From the NCBI GenBank assembly GCA_035275625.1, contig DATEMK010000564.1:1-44011 (forward strand): 44,011 bases of DNA. Reading direction: 5' to 3'. Positions within the stretch are counted from its first letter, which is position 1, and the number at the start of each line of letters is the position of its first letter. This document shows positions 9,749 through 19,403 of the stretch, one piece after another. The translations under genes and the position numbers were made by a program. Source of the stretch: Bacteroidia bacterium. Lineage in GTDB: Bacteria > Bacteroidota > Bacteroidia > AKYH767-A > OLB10. Under the pieces are notes generated by a model. It was not told where the DNA came from and made no database searches. It saw only the letters and a program-made list of their open reading frames with translations.

Positions 9749-11383
9749 TCATTGTATCAGGATCTTCTCATAATAAATTTTATTTTCTGCAATCAATCTT
9801 ATGTAATACATTCCTTTTGCAAGCGGTCGTAAGTCAACATCAAGATTTTTTTTATTGCGGAAGCTGTAGGAAAAAACATGCTGCCCGAATGAATTGAATA
9901 CTTGCACATAATTTGCTTTGACATTCGCGCTGTGTATTGTAAAAATGCCATGAGAAGGATTGGGAAAAACAGAAATATCAGCAGGAGAAAAAATTTCTTC
10001 AACAGCAGTAGCCTGCGAAATCTTCGCTACAAAAACATCCTGTATTCCAAACGAAGTTACTGAATATGGTCCAAAAGCAGCGGTATTGCGGATGATTCCT
10101 GTAACATATAAATTCTGCATGGCATCGGGCTGAATTCCGTAGCCGATGTCGCGGTCAAAAGTATTAGTCGCGGGGCTGCCTCCTGACATTACCCATTGAA
10201 AAACTCCTGCGGAAGAATATTTTGCTATGAAAACATCCCATGCTCCTGCGCTTGTAACTGTAACAGTGTTAAACTGTGCAACACTGTCAAACGAGCCTGT
10301 TACATATATATTTCCCGGCACATCTGTACAAATGCCATAACCCTGGTCGTAACCTGCACCGCCTGCTTTATTAGCCCAAAGGCTGTTTCCTGAAGTGTCT
10401 ATAGCTGCAACAAAAATTTCATCCAGCCCTGCACTTATCAGTGTGGTGCTTCCGAAAGTCGCATTGCCATTAAACCATCCTGTATAGCCAATTATATTAT
10501 TGCGCGAAGCAATTTTCAATCCGCGGTCTAACCCTGTTCCACCGTAACGATGCGCAAACTGAATTGTTCCCTGTGTATTATATTTTGCAATGAACACATC
10601 ATCATCCCCGGCTGATGTAACAGTTTGTGTTCCGAATGTGGCAGTTCCCGCAATATCCCCGGTGATGTATGCATTGCCTGAAGCATCCGTGCAGACGCTG
10701 TAGCAATTGTCATAGCTTGTTCCTCCGCCAGTCTGAATCCACAGCGGTGTACTATTCATGGCAGCTATGGTATCGTATTTTGCAATGAACACATCGCTGT
10801 TGCCGCTGCTTGTTACCGGTATCGAACCAAAATTAGCAGTGGTTTTAAAATACCCGCTTATATAAATTTTAGAGGATGCTTTATCCACTGCAATAGCCTG
10901 TGCCTGGTCATCGGTTGCAGAACCTGCCTGCTGCACCCAAAGAGGATTTCCAGCGGGATCATATCGTGCAACAAAAATATCTGGTGAGCCGGCTGAACTT
11001 GTTACGGTAATGCCTCCGAACGCTGCAACCCCTTGAAAAGTTCCTGCTATATAAATATTTCCGTTAGCATCGAGATCAATACCATAGCCGATATCCGTAC
11101 CTGATCCTCCGGCTTTTTTCAACCAAATTATCTGACCGGCAGGGTCGTATTTGGCAATGAAAATATCATATTGCCCCGCACTGGTAATTGAAATTCCTCC
11201 GAAAGTTGCGGTGTTTTGAAACCATCCTGTGACGTAGCTGTGACCTGCGGGATCCACAGCTATGGCGTTTCCATAGTCACCGCTGTTGCCTCCTCCATTC
11301 ACAACCCATTCATAAGATTGAGAAAATGTTTGTTTTGGAAAAAGTAATGTTAATAAAGCAAGAAGGCGGAGAGTTGTTTTCAT
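9749..11383 (-). CDS. Secreted beta-propeller (SBBP-type) repeat protein with a T9SS C-terminal sorting domain
   Basis: Signal peptide. About 9 repeats of the ...G.YITG.F.GTA.FG...VTS.G..DVFIAKY... type. The C-terminus VFPNPSHGIFTI...GMYYIRL...KILIQ is typical of type-A T9SS CTDs. Confidence 0.85.
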   Translation of the reverse strand: MKTTLRLLALLTLLFPKQTFSQSYEWVVNGGGNSGDYGNAIAVDPAGHSYVTGWFQNTATFGGISITSAGQYDIFIAKYDPAGQIIWLKKAGGSGTDIGYGIDLDANGNIYIAGTFQGVAAFGGITVTSSAGSPDIFVARYDPAGNPLWVQQAGSATDDQAQAIAVDKASSKIYISGYFKTTANFGSIPVTSSGNSDVFIAKYDTIAAMNSTPLWIQTGGGTSYDNCYSVCTDASGNAYITGDIAGTATFGTQTVTSAGDDDVFIAKYNTQGTIQFAHRYGGTGLDRGLKIASRNNIIGYTGWFNGNATFGSTTLISAGLDEIFVAAIDTSGNSLWANKAGGAGYDQGYGICTDVPGNIYVTGSFDSVAQFNTVTVTSAGAWDVFIAKYSSAGVFQWVMSGGSPATNTFDRDIGYGIQPDAMQNLYVTGIIRNTAAFGPYSVTSFGIQDVFVAKISQATAVEEIFSPADISVFPNPSHGIFTIHSANVKANYVQVFNSFGQHVFSYSFRNKKNLDVDLRPLAKGMYYIRLIAENKIYYEKILIQ

Positions 11384-11548
11384 GATATTTAAGGATAAGG
11401 TTATTTAATTCAAGACGTAGAAAATGCTGCGAACGTTGCAGGCATTTTTCAAATCAAAAAACATAATTTAATTTTTTTTCATTTGATATTTATTTCTTTG
11501 CATTGCTGATGCAATTATCATATTTCAAAGTCAGCCGCAAATAAATTT

Positions 11549-11833
11549 ATGATTCTCTTCCGTATTCTTTGGGTTATTGATGCAATCGTTGCACTAATCG
11601 TTTTATATTTTTTCATTATCGGGCTGGGAGATGGCAGCGTGTCTTCTTATAACAGCACACTGTGGGGTGGAATTCTCGCTGCATTGGCAGGAATACTCGG
11701 AGGAAGCATTTTATTAAAATCGGCAGGGCAGTTAAAAATTGCAAAAGCTTTGCTTTGGGTATTAGCAATACCAGCGCTGTTGTATGGCTTGTTTATTTTA
11801 GTTTTTGTTTTTTCCGGTGCAAAGTGGAATTAA
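11549..11833 (+). CDS. Small membrane protein (3 predicted helices)
   Basis: 94-aa hydrophobic ORF; no family recognised. Confidence 0.45.
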   Translation: MILFRILWVIDAIVALIVLYFFIIGLGDGSVSSYNSTLWGGILAALAGILGGSILLKSAGQLKIAKALLWVLAIPALLYGLFILVFVFSGAKWN

Positions 11834-11954
11834 TACCGATACGGTATCTGTAATAGTCCAATACGCCTTCCGGCTTTTGTACTATAACCGCTACTCTATC
11901 GGTATTATACCAGAAACATTATTGGATTATTTTAAACTGAGTAATGGTATAATT

Positions 11955-12965
11955 TCAATTCCCCATCATCCGCTTCCATAAACTTTTAAAAGCTTCCTTA
12001 AACGAAACGTCCAGTTCAGTTCTTTTAATCAGCACAACATTATCAGCAACATTTTTCAACCGGTAACTGAACACAAAGCGTGAATCAGGTTTTGCCCACC
12101 CGGCAGCCTGCCCGAAACGGAGGTCATTGAAATAAATTTCATCAGCATCTTTTTTATTAATGGAATAGAAACCGTTTGAAAAAAACTTCAGCTTTTCAAT
12201 AACCGGATCATCAGGAAAATTTTCAAGCAGCCTTTCATTTGTCGGAAGCTTACGGAACGGGATTTTTTTGTCAGAATCAAAAATGGAATAATAGCCTGTG
12301 TAATAGTCGCTGTCATTTTTTGCAATCATGTACCACAATGCATTGTTCAGCGGTGCAGGAGTGGTCATGTATTCAGTATAAAAAATATTTTGCTCCTGCA
12401 AATTCTGCTTCATGACGTGATCAACATTTATTTTATTGATGAAAGTTAAAAGAAGATAAACGGAGCTTAAAATAATTCCCACATTGTTCACCATTCGCCT
12501 TTTGTTTGAATTTCTTTTCAGGATTAGCAAAGTGATGAAAGAAATTATCAGCGGCAATGTGTACAAAGGGTCAGCCACAAAAATTGAATTGGCCGCAAAC
12601 CGGTGATGGCTGAATGGCTCCAGCAGGCCCGTACCGTAAGCTGTAAAAACATCAATGACATCATGAACGATTATTGCAACAAGGAAAAAAAAGAAACAAT
12701 TTTTGTAGCTTAACAATTTTGAATGTGTTTTATAAAAAAAATAAGCAAGCAGGGGAGAAATTATCAATGCAAAGAAGAAAGAATGTGTAATGCCCCTGTG
12801 TATCAACAAGGCACTTACAGGGTCAGCAAAAAAATTTGCAATTACATCAATGTCGGGCAGGCTGTTGGCGAGTGCGCCCCATAACATCCCTTTCTTCCCG
12901 ATCTTCTTTCCGAGCATTGCCTCACCTATGGCTGCACCCAGGACTATATGAGTAATCGAATCCAT
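11955..12965 (-). CDS. Membrane-bound metal-dependent hydrolase (YdjM/DUF457-like)
   Basis: N-terminus MDSITHIVLGAAIGEA and the His-rich membrane segments (GITHS, VHDVID) are typical of this family. Confidence 0.7.
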   Translation of the reverse strand: MDSITHIVLGAAIGEAMLGKKIGKKGMLWGALANSLPDIDVIANFFADPVSALLIHRGITHSFFFALIISPLLAYFFYKTHSKLLSYKNCFFFFLVAIIVHDVIDVFTAYGTGLLEPFSHHRFAANSIFVADPLYTLPLIISFITLLILKRNSNKRRMVNNVGIILSSVYLLLTFINKINVDHVMKQNLQEQNIFYTEYMTTPAPLNNALWYMIAKNDSDYYTGYYSIFDSDKKIPFRKLPTNERLLENFPDDPVIEKLKFFSNGFYSINKKDADEIYFNDLRFGQAAGWAKPDSRFVFSYRLKNVADNVVLIKRTELDVSFKEAFKSLWKRMMGN

Positions 12966-13045
12966 GTTACATCAACAATTGCCTGCCTGCCGTCAGGCAG
13001 GCGAATGGGTACGAATATACGAATGAGTTTGCAGTAATCGGTGTT

Positions 13046-13066
13046 CAGTGATCAGTAAACAGTAAA
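13046..13066. repeat. Heptamer stutter CAGTGAT CAGTAAA CAGTAAA
   Basis: Read directly. The same CAGTAAA word recurs at 15595-15615. Confidence 0.85.
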
Positions 13067-13102
13067 CCGTTCGGAGAAAAGCCGGAAAGCAAACAACAAA
13101 AA

Positions 13103-13178
13103 CAATTTAGCAATTCAGCAATTTAACAATAATGCAATTTCAAATCGTACATCGTACATCTTACATCGTACATCTTTG
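13103..13178. repeat. Octamer stutter (CAATTTAG family x5) followed by heptamer stutter (ATCGTAC family x5) in the MMPL leader
   Basis: CAATTTAG CAATTCAG CAATTTAA CAATAATG CAATTTCA / ATCGTAC ATCGTAC ATCTTAC ATCGTAC ATCTTTG. Confidence 0.9.
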
Positions 13179-13205
13179 CGTAATTTTACCCGCTAATCGA
13201 AAAGG

Positions 13206-15614
13206 ATGTTTTTATTTATTTCAAAGTTCATTTTACGCAATCGGATTCCACTACTTATTTTCATGTCAGTGATAACGGCTTTTTTTGCTTACCAGGCAAC
13301 CAAAATTCAGTTAAGCTATGATTTTGCAAAAGTGCTGCCCGAAACGGATAAGTATTTTATCGAATACGAAAAATTTAAGCGGCAGTTTGGTGAAGATGGC
13401 AGCGTGCTTGTGATTGGAGTGAAGGATAAAGATTTTTTTCAGCTCAAAAAATTCAATGAATGGTTTACTCTCGGAAACGAAATAAAAAGCATTGACGGCA
13501 TTGAAGCGGTGGTTTCAGCAGCCAATATTTACAACATCACAAAAAATGAAGAAGCAAAAAAGTTTGATGTAAAACCGCTTGTCACGCACACACTGAGCTT
13601 GCAGCGGGAAGTAGACAGCATCAAAAATATTTTGGATCATCTTGTATTTTACCAGGGGTTTATCATCAACAAAGAAACAGATGCAACATTGATGGCAATC
13701 ACTTTTGACAAGAAAAAATTAAATACCAAAAACCGGATAGAAATTGTAAATATCATCAAAGAGAAAGCGCTGGCTTTCGGTAAGTCAAATAATGTGGAGG
13801 TTCATTTATCTGGCTTGCCATATATCAGGACTGCTGTGACAAAAATGGTGTCGGATGAACTTAAATTGTTTTTACTGCTCGCTCTCGGAGTTTGTTCTGT
13901 CATCCTTCTATTCTTTTTTAAAAATGTCCGGGTAGTTTTGTTTTCGCTTTTAGTCGTGATTGCCGGAGTAGTATGGTCTCTCGGCACATTATCTTTAATG
14001 GGATTCAAGATAACTATTCTTTCCTCTCTCATTCCTCCGCTGATCATTGTTATCGGAATTCCCAACAGCATTTTTTTTCTGAATAAATATCACACAGAAT
14101 ATCGCCTGCACCGGAATAAAATAAAAGCGCTGCAGCAAATGGTGCAGCGGATAGGGCTTACAACTTTTCTGGCCAATACAACATCAGCCATCGGCTTTGG
14201 TGTTTTCTATTTTACAAACAGCAATATATTGATGGAGTTTGGATTAATTGCGGCTATCAATGTAATGTCCACTTACCTGATCTCTTTAATTTTAATTCCG
14301 ATTATGTTCAGCTTTTTGCCTGCGCCTTCCATTAAGCATACAGAACATTTGCAGGGGAAAAAAATAAGCTTCCTTTTAGAATCCATTGACAAATGGGTTC
14401 ATCATAAAACAAAAATTATTTATGCTGTTGTGATTGCATTGCTGCTGGTTTCTTTTTATGGCATGAGCAAGCTGAATACGATAGGATATGTGGTGGATGA
14501 TCTTCCCAAAAAAAATCCTGTGTATCTTGATTTGAAATTTTTTGAAAGCAATTTTCACGGAGTGCTGCCTTTTGAAATTTCAATTGACGCTAAAGAAAAA
14601 GGCAAAGCGCTTCAGCATGTCACCTTGCAAAAAATAAACCGGCTTACCAAAGAATTAAATACGCATGCAGAATTTGCAAAACCGCTTTCAGTTGTTGATA
14701 TTATCAAATTTGTCAACCAGGCATACAATGACGGTGAGCCGAAATATTATATTTTACCGGGAAGCATTGAGTTAGGGCAGATCGCTGAATACCTCGGAGA
14801 AATGAAAAATAAGCAAAGCATGTTTCGTTCATTTATTGACAGCACGAAACAAATCACCCGTGTGAGTGTGCAAATGGCAGATGTTGGTTCCGTGCGAATG
14901 AAACAATTGGTGAATGAGCTCAAACCAAAAATTGATTCTATTTTCCCCCCGGCTAAATACAAAACAACCATTACCGGCAACAGCCTGATCTTTTTGAAAG
15001 GAAACGATTACCTTTTTACAAATCTTTTGGAAAGTGTTTTCCTTGCCATCTTTTTAATTTCAATCATTATGTTTCTTTTGTTTATGTCATTCCGCATGAT
15101 AGCTCTCAGCATTTTACCGAGCGTGATCCCTTTATTTATTACTGCCGGACTGATGGGTTATTTTCATATTCCTTTAAAACCTTCTACCATACTTATTTTC
15201 AGCATTGCATTTGGAATTGCCTCAGACGGAACCATTTATTTTCTTACAAAATACAGGCAGGAAATGCGTCATAAGCACATGAGCATTTCAAAAGCGGTTT
15301 CACTCACCATTAAAGAAACGGGAGTAAGCATGATCTACACTGCAGTGATTTTGTTTGCAGGATTTTTTATTTTCACGGCTTCCAGCTTTGGGGGGACTGC
15401 ATCGCTGGGTGTTTTAATTTCAATAACTTTATTGGTTGCCATGTGTTCCAACTTAATTTTGCTTCCTGCATTTCTTATTTCGCTTGAAAGAAAAATGACT
15501 ACCAAAGCATTCCTGCAGGAGCCGTTGTTACAATTTCTCAATGAAGACGAAGATATTGAGCTTGATGAGTTGGAGATAAGGAAGAACGAAAACACAGTAA
15601 ACAGTAAACAGTAA
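13206..15614 (+). CDS. RND-superfamily exporter of the MMPL/HpnN-like type
   Basis: 802 aa, with two blocks of about 6 TM helices each preceded by a large soluble loop. Sterol-sensing-like TM block. Confidence 0.8.
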   Translation: MFLFISKFILRNRIPLLIFMSVITAFFAYQATKIQLSYDFAKVLPETDKYFIEYEKFKRQFGEDGSVLVIGVKDKDFFQLKKFNEWFTLGNEIKSIDGIEAVVSAANIYNITKNEEAKKFDVKPLVTHTLSLQREVDSIKNILDHLVFYQGFIINKETDATLMAITFDKKKLNTKNRIEIVNIIKEKALAFGKSNNVEVHLSGLPYIRTAVTKMVSDELKLFLLLALGVCSVILLFFFKNVRVVLFSLLVVIAGVVWSLGTLSLMGFKITILSSLIPPLIIVIGIPNSIFFLNKYHTEYRLHRNKIKALQQMVQRIGLTTFLANTTSAIGFGVFYFTNSNILMEFGLIAAINVMSTYLISLILIPIMFSFLPAPSIKHTEHLQGKKISFLLESIDKWVHHKTKIIYAVVIALLLVSFYGMSKLNTIGYVVDDLPKKNPVYLDLKFFESNFHGVLPFEISIDAKEKGKALQHVTLQKINRLTKELNTHAEFAKPLSVVDIIKFVNQAYNDGEPKYYILPGSIELGQIAEYLGEMKNKQSMFRSFIDSTKQITRVSVQMADVGSVRMKQLVNELKPKIDSIFPPAKYKTTITGNSLIFLKGNDYLFTNLLESVFLAIFLISIIMFLLFMSFRMIALSILPSVIPLFITAGLMGYFHIPLKPSTILIFSIAFGIASDGTIYFLTKYRQEMRHKHMSISKAVSLTIKETGVSMIYTAVILFAGFFIFTASSFGGTASLGVLISITLLVAMCSNLILLPAFLISLERKMTTKAFLQEPLLQFLNEDEDIELDELEIRKNENTVNSKQ

Positions 15615-15650
15615 ACAATTGGTCAACCTCAAACTTCAAACCTCAAACCT
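15595..15650. repeat. Eight phase-locked heptamers spanning the MMPL stop codon and the rfbA leader
   Basis: CAGTAAA x3, CAATTGG, TCAACCT, CAAACTT, CAAACCT x2. It ends 3 nt before ATG 15654. The MMPL TAA stop (15612-15614) lies inside the third CAGTAAA. Confidence 0.9.
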
Positions 15651-15653
15651 TTT

Positions 15654-16514
15654 ATGAAAGGCATTATCCTCGCAGGTGGTTCCGGCACACGGCTCCACCC
15701 TTTAACACTTGCCATGAGCAAACAGCTCATGCCCATCTATGATAAGCCGATGATTTATTATCCTCTTTCTGTGCTTTTGATTGCAGGAATCAAAGAAATT
15801 CTTATCATTTCCACCCCCCATGACCTTCCTCATTTTAAAAAACTGCTTGGTGATGGGAAAAATTTAGGCTGTGATTTTCAATACGCAGAACAGTCCGTTC
15901 CGAATGGCCTGGCACAGGCATTTGTGATCGGTGAAAAATTTATCGGGAAAGAAAAAGTGGCTTTAATTCTTGGCGATAATATTTTTTACGGAACAGACAT
16001 GGCTGGGCTTTTACAAAGAAATAATGATCCGGAAGGGGGAGTGGTATTTGCCTATCATGTTTCCGATCCGGATCGTTATGGAGTAGTTGAATTTGATAAA
16101 AATAGAAAAGTTCTTTCCATAGAAGAAAAACCTAAGCAGCCTAAATCAAATTATGCAGTTCCGGGATTATATTTTTATGATAACGATGTGGTGGAAATTG
16201 CTAAAAATTTACAACCAAGTCCGCGCGGAGAATATGAAATTACGGATGTTAACAGAGAATATCTGAAAAGAGGCAAATTAAAAGTAGGAATACTCGGGCG
16301 CGGAACTGCCTGGTTAGATACAGGTACATTTGCTTCACTGATGCAGGCCTCACAGTTTGTATATGTAATCGAAGAAAGGCAGGGATTAAAAATCGGCTGC
16401 ATTGAAGAAATAGCCTACCGCATGGGTTTTATCACCCTTGAACAATTGCGTGTATTAGCGCAGCCGTTAGTCAAAAGCGGGTATGGAGCATACTTGCTAA
16501 AAATTACAGATTGA
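15654..16514 (+). CDS. rfbA: Glucose-1-phosphate thymidylyltransferase
   Basis: [11 protein letters not shown] nucleotide-binding motif and full-length similarity to RmlA/RfbA as recalled. Confidence 0.95.
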   Translation: MKGIILAGGSGTRLHPLTLAMSKQLMPIYDKPMIYYPLSVLLIAGIKEILIISTPHDLPHFKKLLGDGKNLGCDFQYAEQSVPNGLAQAFVIGEKFIGKEKVALILGDNIFYGTDMAGLLQRNNDPEGGVVFAYHVSDPDRYGVVEFDKNRKVLSIEEKPKQPKSNYAVPGLYFYDNDVVEIAKNLQPSPRGEYEITDVNREYLKRGKLKVGILGRGTAWLDTGTFASLMQASQFVYVIEERQGLKIGCIEEIAYRMGFITLEQLRVLAQPLVKSGYGAYLLKITD

Positions 16515-16522
16515 TGGAGATT

Positions 16523-16662
16523 GTTATTAGTTATTAGTTATTAGTTATTAGTTAATTGTTAATTGTCAGTTACTGGTTGTCGGTCCTGAATTGTGAATTG
16601 TGAATTATAAATTGTACTTTGTACTTTGTAAATCTTAAATCGTATATCTTAAATCATACATC
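16523..16662. repeat. Twenty heptamers in perfect register, filling almost the whole rfbA-epimerase spacer
   Basis: GTTATTA x4, GTTAATT x2, GTCAGTT, ACTGGTT, GTCGGTC, CTGAATT, GTGAATT x2, ATAAATT, GTACTTT x2, GTAAATC, TTAAATC, GTATATC, TTAAATC, ATACATC. AAAAAG and ATG 16669 follow. Confidence 0.95.
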
Positions 16663-16668
16663 AAAAAG

Positions 16669-17610
16669 ATGGAAAATAAAATTTTAGTAACGGGCGGGGC
16701 AGGTTTTGTCGGAAGCAGCCTTGTAGAAAAGCTGGCTGAAAACAAAAATAATTTTGTAGTAATTGCAGATAACATGCAAACAGGTACCCATGCAAAGATC
16801 CCCAAAGCAAAACTTGAAAATGTGCGTTTTATTAAAGCCGATGTAAATTACTTCAAGGACATTTCGAGTATTTTCTTTGCTCACCAGTTTGATTATGTTT
16901 TTCACTATGCCGCTCTTGTGGGGGTAAAAAGGACGCTTGCCAATCCCGCTTTGGTATTACGCGACCTGGAAGGAATTAAAAATATTCTTACGCTTTCTAA
17001 AAACACAGGCGTAAAGAGAGTGTTTTATTCTTCCTCCTCTGAAGTTTACGGAGAGCCTGTAGAGTTTCCTCAAAATGAACACACAACTCCTCTTAACTCA
17101 CGGTTGCCTTATGCAATTGTGAAAAATGTTGGAGAAGCATATCTCCGTGCATTCAAACAAGAATACGATTTAGATTTCACCATCTTTCGTTTCTTCAACA
17201 CTTACGGACCAAAGCAGAGTAATGACTTTGTAATGTCCCGGTTTCTGCATGCTGCCATACACAATAAAGACATTACTATATATGGTGATGGAATGCAGAC
17301 ACGTACCTTCTGCTATATTGACGACAACATTGATGCAACGGTGAATGCGTTTTATAAAAATAAATTTGTCAATGATGTGGTAAATGTTGGCAGCGACAAT
17401 GAAATCACTGTTCTTGATCTTGCGAAAAAAGTAATCAAGCTTGCTGACAGTAAATCAAAAATGATTCATCTTCCCGCATTAAAGGAAGGCGACATGACGC
17501 GAAGATGCCCTGACATTCACAAAATGAATAAGCTGCTTAACCGAAAAATGACCACGCTTGACGAAGGCATCAAAAAACTCATCAAATCATTCAGGCATAA
17601 TGAACATTGA
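16669..17610 (+). CDS. NAD-dependent epimerase/dehydratase (extended SDR; UDP-sugar decarboxylase/epimerase-like)
   Basis: GGAGFVGS Rossmann motif, SSSEVYG, and the YxxxK catalytic pair in PYAIVKNVGE. Confidence 0.88.
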   Translation: MENKILVTGGAGFVGSSLVEKLAENKNNFVVIADNMQTGTHAKIPKAKLENVRFIKADVNYFKDISSIFFAHQFDYVFHYAALVGVKRTLANPALVLRDLEGIKNILTLSKNTGVKRVFYSSSSEVYGEPVEFPQNEHTTPLNSRLPYAIVKNVGEAYLRAFKQEYDLDFTIFRFFNTYGPKQSNDFVMSRFLHAAIHNKDITIYGDGMQTRTFCYIDDNIDATVNAFYKNKFVNDVVNVGSDNEITVLDLAKKVIKLADSKSKMIHLPALKEGDMTRRCPDIHKMNKLLNRKMTTLDEGIKKLIKSFRHNEH

Positions 17611-17750
17611 TTTTTTATGATGGACAAAATAAAATGATGGTGGACTTGATGGTTACCTTTTATATGCTGCCTTTAAACCCCAAATTCTTTAATCTCATTT
17701 TTTGAACTGTAAACTGTAAATTTCTGCTCCTCACCCCGATCCCTGACCAA

Positions 17751-18728
17751 ATGCACAGCCCCGCAGACTTAAAATCGAAAATCGAAAATGCATTAGCCAA
17801 ATTAGCATTGAATAACAATCCTGCAGAATTATACGATTCTATACGCTATATGCTTTCGTTTGGAGGCAAAAGAATGCGCCCGGTACTTGTTATGATGGGG
17901 TGTGATATGTTTAGCGGTGATGTTGAAAAAGCAATTCCGGCTGCGCTCGGAATCGAGCTGTTCCACAATTTTACTTTGTTGCATGATGATATCATGGACA
18001 ATGCTCCGTTGCGGAGATCCAGGCAAACGGTGCATGAAAAATGGAATGTCAGCACTGCTATTCTTTCCGGGGATGCTATGTTTGTCAAATCGTATCAGCT
18101 AATGATGATGGCGGAAAATAAAATTGTAAAAGATATTCTTGATATTTTTTCGCGTACGGCCATAGAAGTTTGCGAAGGCCAGCAGCTGGATATGAATTTT
18201 GAACAGCATAATGATATTTGCATAGCAGATTATATAAATATGATAAGCTGCAAAACAGCTGTGCTGCTTGGGGCGAGCTTGCAGATAGGAGCCATCGTTG
18301 CCGGGGCATCTTCCCCGGATGCCGGACATTTATACAACTTTGGAAAAAATATCGGAATTGCATTTCAGCTCCGGGATGATTTGCTCGATGTATATGCGGA
18401 TAAAACCAAATTCGGAAAACAGGTGGGAGGAGACATTCTTTCCGGTAAAAAAACTTTTTTGTTTCTCAAAGCGGCCGAAGTTCTTGATGAACAATCGCGC
18501 AAGATGCTTGAACAACTTTACGTTAAATCGTCAACTGTTAATAAAGATGAAAAGCTAAAATCAGTTATTTCTCTTTTTGATAAAGCACATGTTAAACAAT
18601 TAGCGAAAGACGAAATGCAGCATTTTCATAACAATGCATTGCAGCATTTTGCCGAAATAAACCTTCCGGCAGAAAATAAAAAACCATTGCTTGATTTTTG
18701 TGAAAACCTGATGGTGAGAGAGATTTGA
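17751..18728 (+). CDS. Polyprenyl diphosphate synthase (trans-isoprenyl diphosphate synthase family)
   Basis: First and second Asp-rich motifs LLHDDIMD and FQLRDDLLD. Confidence 0.9.
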   Translation: MHSPADLKSKIENALAKLALNNNPAELYDSIRYMLSFGGKRMRPVLVMMGCDMFSGDVEKAIPAALGIELFHNFTLLHDDIMDNAPLRRSRQTVHEKWNVSTAILSGDAMFVKSYQLMMMAENKIVKDILDIFSRTAIEVCEGQQLDMNFEQHNDICIADYINMISCKTAVLLGASLQIGAIVAGASSPDAGHLYNFGKNIGIAFQLRDDLLDVYADKTKFGKQVGGDILSGKKTFLFLKAAEVLDEQSRKMLEQLYVKSSTVNKDEKLKSVISLFDKAHVKQLAKDEMQHFHNNALQHFAEINLPAENKKPLLDFCENLMVREI

Positions 18729-18735
18729 ATGCAGT

Positions 18736-19314
18736 CTATTCCTTTAGTGCCTTTTCAATATTCTGATCCGGAATTATCCAGAGCACAGCAACTGTGACAA
18801 TAAGCAGAGCAGAAACCACAGGATAGAATAATGCTGTTGGAACAGCAACAGTATAAAGTGCGCTTGAAATCATTCCTTTCTTTTTTTGCTTTTTCAGCGC
18901 TTCAATAAGCGAAGTGCTGTGCACATGATGTGCCATGATAGTTTGATGAAGTATATAATAAGCAACGCTGCACAATAACATTAATATTGCATAGACAGCT
19001 ACCGGCTGGTTGGCAAAATGATTTTCTCCCATCCATGCTGTGGCGAACGGAATCAATGACAACCAAAACAATAAATGCAGGTTTGCCCAGATAATTTTAC
19101 TGGTCACATGATGCACCGTGTGTAACAAATGATGATGGTTTCCCCAGTAAATCCCGATAAAGATAAAACTCATCACGTAGCTCAGAAAAACCGGCAACAG
19201 CAGTTTTAAATCTTCAATGTCTGTACTATGCGGAACTTTTAATTCCAGCACCATGATGGTGATAATAATTGCAAGCACTCCATCGCTGAATGCTTCTAAA
19301 CGCGCTTTGGTCAT
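18736..19314 (-). CDS. TMEM175-family (DUF1211) potassium channel-like membrane protein
   Basis: Signature RLEAFSDGVLAIIITIMVLEL at the N-terminus; 6 TM helices. Confidence 0.82.
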   Translation of the reverse strand: MTKARLEAFSDGVLAIIITIMVLELKVPHSTDIEDLKLLLPVFLSYVMSFIFIGIYWGNHHHLLHTVHHVTSKIIWANLHLLFWLSLIPFATAWMGENHFANQPVAVYAILMLLCSVAYYILHQTIMAHHVHSTSLIEALKKQKKKGMISSALYTVAVPTALFYPVVSALLIVTVAVLWIIPDQNIEKALKE

Positions 19315-19403
19315 TCTGAAAATTAATAAAGAAAATAAAGTGTCTCAAATTTGTTTGCACAATAATAAATAATTTTTGTATCATTGTTGTTAAATAAAAC
19401 ACG

